Assembly: GCA_977862235.1 (NCBI GenBank)
Contig: OZ374564.1
Coordinates: 744,001 to 808,000, forward strand
Reading direction: 5' to 3'
Length of the DNA: 64,000 nt
From: Dudresnaya verticillata
Lineage: Eukaryota
The notes beneath the pieces were generated by a model, which saw only the letters and a list, made by a program, of their open reading frames with translations, was not told the origin of the DNA and searched no databases. Numbering within the stretch: the first letter of the stretch is position 1; each line of letters starts with the position of its first letter. Position numbers and translations under genes: made by a program. Shown here in pieces: positions 1 through 11,122 of the stretch.

Positions 1-33
1 TGGCGGACGTGTTCGCATTTTGCGAGGGGGTCG

Positions 34-891
34 TGTGGTGCAAGGGGAGGGCTGCCCCTTTTTCGCTTTGAGCGTATTATATGACAACGTCTACCGACGG
101 CACTTCAACCGCCGTTGGCGCGCGAACACGTCATGGACGGTTGGCCCACGGGCATACGGCCGCCATTACCCCGCGCGGCGCGGTGCGCGCGCTCACTGTA
201 CGGGCAGATCCGGATGTATCATCCCGATCGACAAGGCGCAGGCCTGTAAGCTTGGCTAGGATCCGGATCGGATCCGGATGGGACATCGGGATCCGGCATC
301 GGGACCCACCGTGATGTAAGGAGCGCGCCTGTAATGGCCGCGCGCCAGCAATGCTGGCGGGGATCTGGATCCGAATCCGGATCACCCGCACTTCTACACG
401 CATGCGTCTGTAAGTCACACATTACTCGCACACACGCCTGTAAGCTACTCCCGAGCTCCCGCGCACGCGGCTGCATGGCGACGACGACGTGTCAGACACT
501 CAACGGCGCGACACGCGTCCTGAGTTCCCGCGCACCGCGCTCGCCGCCGTCGCCCGCGTAGTATATTAGTTAATCCGTCTGAGACGCTGAGTAAACCCCG
601 GGCAAGCCGGCCTTGGTCCAGACTTCCCCATCCCGCACGCGCGTACCCTACCGCTGCCTACGGCCTAAGCGTCTACCTCCCGTGCTTCCACGTTCATCAC
701 CGTCCTTGACGTGTTTCCTTTTTGCTCCCTTTTGTTCTTCCTTTCCTCCTCGGGCGTCTACAGTCCGCCCAAGACGTGTCCACTGCTCTACCACCAGCCG
801 CCCAAGGCGAGGCTACTCACCGCCAAGGGCGCCGCTACCCACCAAGCCCCGAACGGCTCGGCGGTGCTCCGTCACAGACGTTTGCACCACA
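34..891 (+). repeat. 3' LTR of Gypsy-type element C (element body lies left of the window)
   Basis: Perfect 10-bp terminal inverted repeats TGTGGTGCAA (34)...TTGCACCACA (891), preceded by the purine-rich tract GCGAGGGGGTCG (PPT-like). Same termini as LTR D at 25477-26314. Its right end cuts the gag of element B. Confidence 0.8.
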
Positions 892-1680
892 CTTCGCATC
901 ACCGGACGTAAAGAAGGCCAGAAGACGCGAAGCTGCCCCTTCATGGACGTTCGTCCCATCACAGGCATCCTTGAGCTCCTTAAGGAAGGACAGGAGCTCA
1001 ATCGGGCTTCGGCCATCAAATGGGTTCATCTGCGGGAACAAGTTCCGGATTTGACGGGTCATCCGGGACAAGCGCCGCGCATCCTCCATAGTCATCGTTG
1101 GCCGGGTATCCAGAAAGCGGTGGGTCCGGTAATCGACCACCCGCCGGAAGGGTTCTTGGAGGGTCTTGAGAGGCTATAGACCTGGTTCCATTGGCCCCAT
1201 CATCGCGACAGGAAGACCTGTTTCATCCAACTGGCCAGTATATACCATGGAAGGTTCCCCTGCATCAATTGGCCCCGAAGCTCCAACTAACGGCCGTGGG
1301 GCGGCACCACTGTTCTGAGTGTTGCCCTCTTGCGGTGGTACCCCTTTTCCAGGAATATTTGGCCGGGCCTTGTCAGGATGCGACAAGGCCGTGATCTCAT
1401 CTTGCAACTTGTCCAGTTGCTTCTGCACTGCCGCTACCGGTTCACCAACCTGTGGTGCCAAGACTGGTTGATTGGCAGGTGTCATCGGAGCGGACTCGGA
1501 CCTTGTCTGGCCAGGGAGAGCAGGGAGTTTTCCCTTCCCGTCGGAAGAAGAAACGGCAGTCTCAAGCCGACTCGCGACCGGCGCACCGATGAGCTGGCGC
1601 CAAAAACCGAACGGGAGTGCAGCGACACAGTAGCACTGTACGCCTTGCTGGAGTCTGCGCGCACCACCAATAGGAGCCAA
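892..1680 (-). pseudogene. gag: Gypsy element B gag-like ORF, distal half (one in-frame stop; truncated by LTR C)
   Basis: ORFs 1174..1680 and 835..1140 are in the same frame, separated by one TAG. FDGRSPIELLSFLKELKDACD...AASRLLAFFTSGDAK resembles a retrotransposon capsid segment. Joins in frame with 21318-21887. Confidence 0.7.
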
Positions 1681-2200
1681 GTAGTTGATTTATTCGTAAT
1701 TAGGTAATTGTAACGATGCTGTACAGTACGTAGTGTCAGCCGGGCAATGAGAATGCCGAGCATGTCCGCAACGGTGACCGGGACCAGTAGGGCCGGACCC
1801 ACCTGGTGGACCAGACCCATTGGGGTCTGGCCCACACGGACCGGACCGCGGGGCGTATCTCCCAGTATATTAATGGGTGGCCACCGCGAGTCCTACAGTA
1901 AACGGGTACGCAACCCTGGGCAAAGTGACTTACCCTAAGCCTTACCCTCATACTCCTTTACGGTTTCCCCTCGCCAGCCCCGTGCAGGGATTCCTCCTAC
2001 CTCCGTCCCGGTGTAGCTGCCCTGGCACTGCACCGTCCCCCTTGTCTGTTGCGTCCTTTTACTCCTTACAGGTGTTGCCGCTCGAGGTACTCCCTTCGGT
2101 CTACGAACTAAGCTCTACCACCCCGGTGCCGTGTGAGATCACTCCTTATTGGGATTGCCTGATCAGATCTCCTTACAGGTGTGCCTTTCACTTCACCACA
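1681..2200 (+). repeat. 5' LTR of Gypsy-type element A
   Basis: Visibly homologous to the reverse complement of LTR B (e.g. GGGTCTGGCCC-CACGGACCGGACCGC). Followed by a PBS, and its 3' half recurs at 21033-21315. Both ends are uncertain by a few bases. Confidence 0.7.
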
Positions 2201-2206
2201 TCTTTT

Positions 2207-2224
2207 TGGTCTCCCGACCTAGAA
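2207..2224 (+). promoter_or_regulatory. Primer-binding site of element A (tRNA 3'-end type, probably tRNA-Tyr)
   Basis: TGGTCTCCCGACCTAGAA just after the LTR; identical to the PBS of element B. The complement ...UCGGGAG-A-CCA fits the C1:G72/A73 identity of eukaryotic tRNA-Tyr (inference). Confidence 0.65.
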
Positions 2225-2615
2225 GACCGTCAAGGTAGAAGAATCTCCGTTGGACTCCGCTTCGGTAGGAGATCAGCTTTGTGACAACTCCGTATTGGTG
2301 TAAAGGCAGGACAAGGCAAAACACTCGTTGACTCCATTTTGGTAACCTAAGAATAGAAGAACACATGGACCCTACCGTATCGGATCAAGGTGAGGTGCCG
2401 TCAACCGTGAGATCACGCCGCGGTGACGATAACACCATCCCGGAGGTGCCCCTACTGCGAGAACACGCCGCAGTGAGCCCACCGAACCGGAGGTAGCCTC
2501 AGCCACGAGAACACGCCGTGGCGATGCTGCCGACCTGAACCCCGGTATGGAGAACCCCGAAGAACTCCTTAAAGGTGTAGCCAGTAAGCTCGCTAGATCC
2601 CGACCTGGTTCAGAC

Positions 2616-3648
2616 TGTTGAGGACATGGTCGCTGGCGCCTCACGTCACGGGTCAGGTACCCCAGATGGTACCCTGGCACGCTTTCACCAAACCTTCCGA
2701 AGACGACAGCCCTTTTTCCGGGCTTCCAAAATCACGGCGCATTTAGGCATTTTGCAAAAGCAACGTGAAACGGGCTTCTGATTGGTTGTTACAAACCGCC
2801 TCCATGGTCTATATGGGTTACAAGTGTTGTGCTGGAGTTGGCGGTTATAACAGGAACGGCCAAGTGGAACGATCTGATTGGACCACATGGATGCACGTGG
2901 TATGGCATGGAATGGTACTGGTATGACGCGCACTGTACTCCACAAGTACACATGAACGTGCCATGCAATGTGCTGATGGCGTCTGAGTTGGTACTGCAGG
3001 GACTTGCGCTACGTGGAGCCTGGCTTGTGATATCAGCAGATGCAGTTGTCGTGCGGCCAACACGTCGGTTTACAGTTGCCACGTAGCTGTCGTGCGGCCG
3101 ACACGTTGGTTTACAGTTGCCACGTAGGTGTCGTGCGGCCGACACGTTGGTTTACAGCTGCCACGTAGGCAAATCTGGGTGATTACGTGGTCAATGATCC
3201 AAGTTGGATATTCATGGACGGACTTCAGCTCGTAAGTGCGGCCACGTGGTGTGCAGTGTTGTCCGACAGCAGCCATGCGGGGACACTCGATACTTTCGAG
3301 TTCCCGCCCAAAGTTGGAGTACATATGGATGGCAGGAAATGCGGTCGCAAGAGGGATTGCTGATGTCAGCAGTTAGTAACACTGGTGTGCAAGTTCCCGC
3401 CCATTTTGGTGGCGGATGTGAGTGTGCTGAGAGTATGATTTGGTAGATTTAATTGCTTTACTTTTTCCCGCCCATTTGATGATAGGGATTTTGGGCGTTT
3501 CTTTAATGATTTGTTTTGTTTGTGTTCACGCAGCAACTCATCCGAAAAGCTGATATAAGCCATGTCGGATGGTCGACTGCAGTAAACGAAGTTAAGCGAC
3601 TTCCATTTCTCATCTTGTTCAACTCCAACCTCCCCATATTTCTCAACA
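2616..3648 (+). repeat. Copia LTR 1 (1033 bp)
   Basis: TGTTGAG...CTCAACA termini; three copies of a 41-bp internal repeat at about 3048-3168. Confidence 0.95.
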
Positions 3649-3662
3649 GGTTATGGGCCCAG
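3649..3662 (+). promoter_or_regulatory. Copia PBS complementary to the tRNA-iMet anticodon arm
   Basis: GGTTATGGGCCCAG directly after the LTR; reverse complement of CUGGGCCCAUAACC in initiator tRNA-Met, as in Drosophila copia. Confidence 0.9.
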
Positions 3663-4585
3663 AAGGTCGACCTACGCAGACTTCATCGCTTCGCTGCAAC
3701 CTTCTTCCTTTTTCTTTTCATTCTTGATACTGTCCTGTCCCGTCCTGGCCTGTCCTGTCTGCTTGTGTCCTGTCCTGTCGGCTTGTGTCCTGTCCTGTCT
3801 GCCTGTTGTCTGTTGAAAGTGGTCCCTATCCCACTGTGTCGGCTTGTGTCTCTGATTTTGTGAGAGAGTTCTCGAGGCTCTCGTCCGCTGTTGTCTTGGT
3901 CCGTGAGCTTGCTGAGAGGTTGAGTGTTGTGCGTGGTGACTCTCGTTAAGTCAGGACCTCGTTGGCCTAGGGGAGCAGCCTCCAGTAAGATCCAGAACCT
4001 TGACACGGTTGGGCCTAGTTCCATTCCTGCAAGAGACTGGACCTGTTCGTGTGGTGAACACTCGTTTTGAGTTAGTACCCATAAGGTGGACGTCTCGTAA
4101 GGATTGCATACTTCGTGTCTGTGTGCGCACGACACGAAAGGGCTGCTGAAAGACGCATTTCACCCGGAGAATCATATCCGGGGGCCAGGAGTCCGACTCC
4201 TAGGGGTGACTAGGTAGAACCTGGTGCCAGAACATCCCGCGTCAAAAAGACGTTCAACTATCAAGAATCAACTTTTCAACTTCAAGTTTTCAACTTTTCT
4301 TCTTCAGTCCAGGTGATCCCATCATCACCTGAGAGTTTCATTACTCCAAGCGTGGGAGCTACTTGGCAAAGTGTGCTCCGCTTGTGACTGTATTATATTA
4401 CCGACGTGTTCGACACATTTCTCAGTTTCGTCGTCACGTCTTCTTTGTGTGAGCTGCACTGCTCTGCTTAGCACGAATATTGCCCTCTGGGCATCGACAC
4501 TGTTGCACTAACAGCACTGCCCCAAGTTCATCAAGTTTTCTAAAACTATTCAAGTTATCTCTTCTCACCATCAGTCCCAACAGCG

Positions 4586-7500
4586 ATGACTGATACCGAA
4601 ACCGAGATGGATACTTCGAGCGGGGTCAAGATACCCCGTTTCCACGGCAGGAGAGGTGACGACTACAGTCTCTGGCGTCATCGCCTTCGTGCCGCATGCC
4701 GCATCAAAGGGGTTTGGAATGTTGTCCACACCTCAAACGACACACCGAGCAGCTCACAGTCAACTGGAGAGGCCTCAGCGGATACTTCCATTCTTCACGC
4801 CAGAACCTTGGCCAAACGTGAGAAGGCTTGCGGGATCATTATCTCCGCACGTGGTGATGCTCCGCTTCGTGTCGTTATGGAGGTTGATGATGACCCCAAA
4901 CGCATGCTGGAGCTATTGGACTCGCGCTATGCGTCCAGTCGAACCGTATCCCGTATCGCCGTACAGACCAAGCTATTCCGTATGACGTACACCGGTCAGA
5001 ATATGTCCAGCTATGTCGACCAGTACACGTCACTGTTCGCCCAACTCGACCGCATGGGCAACGACTCGGCGATACCGGAGACACAGAAGGCACCTATGCT
5101 GCTTGCTTCCATTGATCCGTCCTGCCACCTGGAGTCAAAAGCTGCAGCTCTTCGCACCAAAGATGCTACTGAGCTGACTTGGGACTACGTCGCAACCACG
5201 CTGATCGATGAGTACAACGCCAAAGCTTCTCATGGATCAAACGCAGGTGGGAGATCCAGTAAGTCGAAGAGTCGTCGGAAGAAGAAAAAGAAGTCCGCGT
5301 CGTCAGGTTCTCGCCAGCAACACAACCCGCTGGATGACAACGACGACTCCGATGACTCTTCTGATATTGAATCCACCGTCCGTGCGTTGGCGGTTGCACT
5401 CAAGTCCGCCAAGCAGGCTCACTCCACCCCGAACCGGCACCTTCACTGTGATGTTTGCGACAAGGATGGACACACCGCGGATCGATGCTATCTAAATCCG
5501 GAAAATCCTAACAACAAGCTTCCTCCAAAGGTGCGACAGATGTTCACCAACCAGGGCAAAAAGGGCAACGCCAACTCGGCGGTAGCTGCATCTGGTAAGA
5601 ATAATGGTAAATCTGCAAAGGTAGAAATCGCCGGTGCATCGGTTGAGATGACTACTGTTGTTCCTCCGAACGACCAAGGAACGTATGCCGACAGTGGAGC
5701 AACTGTGCATTGCTTCCACTCAATGACTTCTTTTGTACCGAGCTCAGTATCGCGCTGCGAAAAGCGTACTGTAGTGCTTGCGGACAAGTCGTCTGTCACC
5801 TCAGACCTATGTGGAGATGTGATTCTGCCGTTTGAGCATGCCAATATTCGGCTCAAGAAGGCCCTCTTCATCCCGCAGATGGGATACAATCTTGTCTCTA
5901 CTGGGCGTTTGGCAGATAAAGGAATTGAATCCCACTTTCGCCGCTTGGACGTGCGCTTGGTACTCGACTCTAATGGGTACTATATTGGATCCGGTGTTCG
6001 CGATGCGAGTTCTGGAATGTACATGCTACCAGAACCCGAGCTGCACACTTCGGAGGAGCAAGTACTGGCTGTCCCCAGCACGCAGCAAACTACTGAGCTC
6101 TGGCATCGACGTCTTGCCCACATTAATTTTCGGGACTTGGCCAAAGTGCACGAGCATGTTGAGAGTGTTCCGGAGTTGGGCTCCACTCATGAAGTGTGTC
6201 GGGCTTGTAGACTTGGGAAAGCACACAAACAATCATTCCCAGGGCACTTCCGCCTGGCCAAAGCTGTCGGTGATCTCGTGCATTCCGACATTGTGGGTCC
6301 AATCCAGATCTCCTTTCCCGATCGTTTCCGGTATGCCACGACGTTTCTGGATGACAAATCCCGTTTCTTGGTCGTCGCATGTATGAGAAGTCGCCGTATG
6401 TTGAGTGCAGCATTTGATCAAGCTTCAGCAAAGTTTATCGAGCTTGGAGGAGCAGAAATAACAAAACTCCACTCAGACGGGGCTCAGGAGTATTTGGCTT
6501 TGCAGAAAGATTTGGGAGGAGTTGGAGACAGTGGCAAATCCTTCTCCCCACCTTATACTCCGGAGCTCAATGGAATCGCGGAAAGGGTGAACCGAACCAT
6601 GGTGGAAGCTGCCCTGACTTTGCTGATCCAGGCTGATCTACCGGGATGTTTGTGGCCGTTTGCACTGAAGCATGTCAACTACGTGCGCAATCGGGTACCA
6701 CACTCAACCGTTGGGGCTACGCCATACTCGTTCATGACAGGTGATGTTCCTGTTTTAAAACATTTAAGAGTGTTTGGATGTGCTGCATATGTCCTAAGGC
6801 TCCCACGCGGATCCAAGTTCGAGTCTCGTGCACTTGAGGGGGTGCACTTGGAGACTCTAGAGCATGGGATCTACAGGATATTGGTCACTGGCGGTGACGG
6901 TATACCTCGTGTGGTTGAGTCGCGGCATGTCACATTCGACGAGTCCAAATTCCCGGGTGCTCCAAGCCTGTTGGAATATGGGCAGGACGAGGCAGATTCG
7001 GATGAAGATTACGAGTCTAACTCAGAGGCCTCTATTTTCAACTCGGACTCTGATGACGATGTGTCGCTGGGTAACTTTGAGGATGAAGAGGATGCAATTG
7101 AAGTTGACACACCTTCTTCACCTCCACTACCTCCATCAGAACCCAGCTCATTCGAATCTGATGACACGGCTGAGGAAGAAAACGTCTCTGACAATCCTCC
7201 GGCTGGTGTGAGTTCAGATCCAGAACGCCAGCAACAGAGTCGATATCCTCGTCGCCAACGTCGCCAGACGTCGAAATGGTTTATGGCAAGCTCTGCACAA
7301 GCTGAACAACAGGTTGCCCTCACAACGGGAGATGAGCCCACTCTTCGAGAGGCCATGTCTGCCACTCCGGAGGAGCGCGGGTTGTGGCAATCTGCCATTG
7401 ATGATGAGTTCGCATCCTTGGAATCCAAAGGCACTTGGGTCCGTGATGACAGTCCCGGTGCACAGCCGCTTCCAACGCACGCCGTGCTGAAAGTTAAACG

Positions 7501-8908
7501 CAAGTCCGACGGGACGGTCGAGCGCTTCAAAGCGCGGGTCGTCGCTGGTGGAAACTTCCAGACGTATGGTGAAGACTACATGGAAACATACGCCCCAGTT
7601 GTGTCGTTCTCGCTGGTGCGCATGTTCCTATACTTGGTACTGTGTTTGAACCTGTTTGTTGCACAGCTAGACGTGAAGACGGCTTTCCTGAATGGTGATC
7701 TGGCAGAACACGTGTGGGTAATGTCACCGCGTGGGATTCCTGGAAGGGAATCTCTCTGTTACAAACTTCTGAAGGCTATGTATGGGCTAAAACAGGCTCA
7801 CCTAGCTTGGCACACCAAGCTGTGTGGTGACCTTGCTAGGATGATGTTTGAGGAATTGCCAAGTGCACCTTGCGTGTTTCGTCGCAAATCCAAGTCTTCT
7901 GGATACGCACACATCTTGGTGTACGTTGATGACTTGCTCATCCTCGCACCCACAAAGGCGGAGAGAGACGCCATTGTTAAGGAACTGCAGGGCCTCTACG
8001 ATCTACGGCTGTCTGAAGGGGTTGACCTCTTCCTCGGAGTCGAGCTTGGATGGAAGCTAGACTCTGATGGCAGATTTGTGTCCCTCAAGATGACTCAACA
8101 GGTCTACACGGAAAGTGTTCTTCGTCGATTTGGACTTCAGAACTCTAAGCCGGCTTGTACGCCGATGGTTGAGTCTTTCTTCACTGGACTTGCCGCCGAA
8201 GAGGACAAGGCCGTCGTGTCGGTTGAGACGTACCAGCAGATGATCGGGTCACTTCTGTACTTGGGGCTTCGCACAAGGCTGGACATTTTGGCCTCTGTGC
8301 TTATCCTCGCACGGTTCCAGAAGGCTCCAACTGCGTACTGTCACCGTGGTGTAAAGAGGGTTCTGCGATATCTTCGAGGCACTCACAAGCATGGAGTTAC
8401 GTACCAGTCCGGAAGCACTCGTATCCAAGCTTATGTGGACGCTGACTATGCCGGTGACACCACAGACCGAAAATCTATGTCTGGTTACATGGTGAAACTG
8501 GGAGATGCAGTGTGTATTTGGGGATCCAAGAAGCAGTCAACTGTTGCTCTCTCAACTTGCGAGTCGGAGTACTATGCAATGACTCTGGCTGCGAAAGAGA
8601 CGGTTTGGGTCTCGCGAGTGCTGAAGGAGGCCGACTTGAACGTCGAAGGTCCGGTTCCATTGAGATCAGACAACCAGTCTGCCATCAATTGGGCTACTGG
8701 AGAACGCTGTCCGTCTGGTCGTGCCAAGCACATCGACGTTCGTGTACACTTCATTCGCGAACTTGTCGCCGACTCTGTTCTGGAAGTGGTGTATGTGCCG
8801 TCAGAAGACAACGACGCGGACTTGCTGACAAAGCCACTCGGGCCCACTTTGCTCAATAGGATTCTACCAAGGGTTGGACTTGGAGGAGCCATCGAGGAGG
8901 AGTGTTGA
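4586..8908 (+). CDS. gag-pol: Copia Gag-Pol polyprotein (Gag, zinc knuckle, protease, integrase, RT, RNase H), 1440 aa
   Basis: CDVCDKDGHTADRC knuckle; ADSGAT protease; HRRLAH..CRAC, HSDIVGP, HSDGAQE and NGIAER integrase motifs; YVDD RT; YVDADYAG, DNQSAI and KHIDVR RNase H. PR-IN-RT-RH order. Confidence 0.97.
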   Translation: MTDTETEMDTSSGVKIPRFHGRRGDDYSLWRHRLRAACRIKGVWNVVHTSNDTPSSSQSTGEASADTSILHARTLAKREKACGIIISARGDAPLRVVMEVDDDPKRMLELLDSRYASSRTVSRIAVQTKLFRMTYTGQNMSSYVDQYTSLFAQLDRMGNDSAIPETQKAPMLLASIDPSCHLESKAAALRTKDATELTWDYVATTLIDEYNAKASHGSNAGGRSSKSKSRRKKKKKSASSGSRQQHNPLDDNDDSDDSSDIESTVRALAVALKSAKQAHSTPNRHLHCDVCDKDGHTADRCYLNPENPNNKLPPKVRQMFTNQGKKGNANSAVAASGKNNGKSAKVEIAGASVEMTTVVPPNDQGTYADSGATVHCFHSMTSFVPSSVSRCEKRTVVLADKSSVTSDLCGDVILPFEHANIRLKKALFIPQMGYNLVSTGRLADKGIESHFRRLDVRLVLDSNGYYIGSGVRDASSGMYMLPEPELHTSEEQVLAVPSTQQTTELWHRRLAHINFRDLAKVHEHVESVPELGSTHEVCRACRLGKAHKQSFPGHFRLAKAVGDLVHSDIVGPIQISFPDRFRYATTFLDDKSRFLVVACMRSRRMLSAAFDQASAKFIELGGAEITKLHSDGAQEYLALQKDLGGVGDSGKSFSPPYTPELNGIAERVNRTMVEAALTLLIQADLPGCLWPFALKHVNYVRNRVPHSTVGATPYSFMTGDVPVLKHLRVFGCAAYVLRLPRGSKFESRALEGVHLETLEHGIYRILVTGGDGIPRVVESRHVTFDESKFPGAPSLLEYGQDEADSDEDYESNSEASIFNSDSDDDVSLGNFEDEEDAIEVDTPSSPPLPPSEPSSFESDDTAEEENVSDNPPAGVSSDPERQQQSRYPRRQRRQTSKWFMASSAQAEQQVALTTGDEPTLREAMSATPEERGLWQSAIDDEFASLESKGTWVRDDSPGAQPLPTHAVLKVKRKSDGTVERFKARVVAGGNFQTYGEDYMETYAPVVSFSLVRMFLYLVLCLNLFVAQLDVKTAFLNGDLAEHVWVMSPRGIPGRESLCYKLLKAMYGLKQAHLAWHTKLCGDLARMMFEELPSAPCVFRRKSKSSGYAHILVYVDDLLILAPTKAERDAIVKELQGLYDLRLSEGVDLFLGVELGWKLDSDGRFVSLKMTQQVYTESVLRRFGLQNSKPACTPMVESFFTGLAAEEDKAVVSVETYQQMIGSLLYLGLRTRLDILASVLILARFQKAPTAYCHRGVKRVLRYLRGTHKHGVTYQSGSTRIQAYVDADYAGDTTDRKSMSGYMVKLGDAVCIWGSKKQSTVALSTCESEYYAMTLAAKETVWVSRVLKEADLNVEGPVPLRSDNQSAINWATGERCPSGRAKHIDVRVHFIRELVADSVLEVVYVPSEDNDADLLTKPLGPTLLNRILPRVGLGGAIEEEC

Positions 8909-9888
8909 GGACATGGTCGCTGGCGCCTCACGTCACGGGTCAGGTACCCCAGATGGTACCCTGGCACGCTTTCACGAAACCTTCCGGAGACGACAGCCCT
9001 TTTTCCGGGCTTCCGAAATCACGGCGCATTTAGGCCTTTTGCAAAAGCAACGTGAAACGGGCTTCTGATTGGTTGTTACAAACCGCCTCCATGGTCTATA
9101 TGGCTTACAAGTTTTGTGCTGGAATTGGCGGTTATAACAGGAACGGCCAAGTGGAACGATCTGATTGGACCACATGGATGCACGTGGTATGGCATGGAAT
9201 GGTACTGGTATGACGCGCACTGTACTCCACAAGTACATATGAACGTGCCATGCAATGTGCTGATGGCGTCTGAGTTGGTACTGCAGGGACTTGCGCTACG
9301 TGGAGCCTGGCTTGTGAGATCAGCAGATGCAGTTGTCGTCACGTTGGTTTACAGTTGCCACGTAGGTGTCGTGCGGCCGACACGTTGGTTTACAGCTGCC
9401 ACGTAGGCAAATCTGGGTGATTACGTGGTCAATGATCCAAGTTGGATATTCATGGACGGACTTCAGCTCGTAAGTGCGGCCACGTGGTATGCAGTGTTGT
9501 CCGACAGCAGCCATGCGGGGACACTCGATACTTTCGAGTTCCCGCCCAAAGTTGGAGTACATATGGATGGCAGGAAATGCGGTCGCAAGAGGGATTGCTG
9601 ATGTCAGCAGTTAGCAACACTGGTGTGCAAGTTCCCGCCCATTTTGGTGGCGGATGTGAGTGTGCTGAGAGTATGATTTGGTAGATTTAATTGCTTTACT
9701 TTTTCCCGCCCATTTGATGATAGGGATTTTGGGCGTTTCTTTAATGATTTGTTTGGTTTGTGTTCACGCAGCAACTCATCCGAAAAGCTGATATAAGCCA
9801 TGTCGGATGGTCGACTGCAGTAAACGAAGTCAAGCGACTTCCATTTCTCATCTTGTTCAACTCCAACCTCTCCATATTCCATTTTACA
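8903..9888 (+). repeat. Copia LTR 2 (986 bp)
   Basis: Follows the PPT; short variant of the 41-bp array; ends ...CCATTTTACA and joins directly to gag sequence. Confidence 0.93.
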
Positions 9889-10089
9889 AACGACACACCG
9901 AGCAGCTCACAGTCAACTGGAGAGGCCTCAGCGGATACTTCCATTCTTCACCCCAGAACCTTGGCCAAACGTGAGAAGGCTTGCGGGATCATTATCTCCG
10001 CACTTGGTGATGCTCCGCTTCGTGTCGTTATGGAGGTTGATGATGACCCCAAACGCTTGCTGGAGCTATTGGACTCGCGCTATGCGTCC
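9889..10089 (+). pseudogene. gag: Copia gag fragment (equivalent to 4736-4936)
   Basis: Near-identical to gag of copy 1 (NDTPSSSQST...LDSRYAS), lying between two LTRs. Confidence 0.9.
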
Positions 10090-11122
10090 TGTTGAGGACA
10101 TGGTCGCTGGCGCCTCACGTCACGGGTCAGGCACCCCAGATGGCACCCTGGCACGCTGTCACCAAACCTTCCGGAGACGACAGCCCTTTTTCCGGGCTTC
10201 CAAAATCACGGCGCATTTAGGCCTTTTGCAAAAGAAACGTGAAACGGGCTTCTGATTGGTTGTTACAAACCGCCTCCATGGTCTATATGGGTTACAAGTG
10301 TTGTGCTGGAATTGGCGGTTATAACAGGAACGGCCAAGTGGAACGATCTGATTGGACCACATGGATGCACGTGGTATGGCATGGAATGGTATTGGTATGA
10401 CTCGCACTGTACTCCACAAGCACACATGAACCTGCCATGCAATGTGCTGATGGCGTCTGAGTTGGTACTGCAGGGACTTGCGCTACGTGGAGCCTGACTT
10501 GTGATATCAGCCGATGCAGTTGTCGTGCGGCCGACACGTTGGTTTACAGTTGGCACGTAGCTGTCGTGCGGCCGACACGTTGGTTTACAGTTATCACGTA
10601 GCTGTCGTGCGGCCGACACGTTGGTTTACAGCTGCCACGTAGGCAAATCTGGGTGATTACGTGGTCAATGATCCAAGTTGGATATTCATGGACGGACTTG
10701 AGCTGGTAAGTGCGGCCACGTGGTGTGCAATGTTGTCCGACAGCAGCCATGCGGGGACACTCGATACTTTCGAGTTCCCGCCCAAAGTTGGAGTGCATAT
10801 GGATGGCAGGAAATGCGGTCGCAAGAGGGATTGCTGATGTCAGCAGTTAGTAACACTGGTGTGCAAGTTCCCGCCCATTTTGGTGGCGGATGTGAGTGTG
10901 CTGAGAGTATGATTTGGTAGATTTAATTGCTTTACTTTTTCCCGCCCATTTGATGATAGGGATTTTGGGCGTTTCTTTAATGATTTGTTTTGTTTGTGTT
11001 CACGCAGCAACTCATCCGAAAAGCTGATATAAGCCATGTCGGATGGTCGACTGCAGTAAACGAAGTTAAGCGACTTCCATTTCTCATCTTGTTCAACTCC
11101 AACCTCTCCATATTCCTTTTCA
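10090..11122 (+). mobile_element. Copia solo LTR inserted in gag of its own family, TSD CGTCC
   Basis: CGTCC at 10085-10089 and 11123-11127; gag is contiguous across the insertion. Confidence 0.95.

Larger units (their letters stand above)
2616..9888 (+). mobile_element. Full-length Ty1/Copia LTR retrotransposon (copy 1)
   Basis: LTR 2616-3648, PBS, ~940-nt leader, single gag-pol ORF, PPT GAGGAGGAG, LTR 8903-9888. No matching TSD (CAGAC left, AACGA right). Confidence 0.95.

Noticed and set aside
3048..3168. 41-bp repeats as a CRISPR array
   Set aside because: Head-to-tail repeats without unique spacers, inside an LTR, with no cas genes.
3683..4135. 150-aa antisense ORF with a KRKRKK tail in the Copia leader
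   Set aside because: Non-ATG start, frameshifted in the 35831 copy, and largely a translation of TGTC/pyrimidine repeats. Recurrence only reflects DNA identity.
10990..11122. Hydrophobic N-terminus of the 1369-aa ORFs as a signal peptide or env
   Set aside because: It is U5 LTR sequence read from a TTG and in frame by chance of the insertion site.
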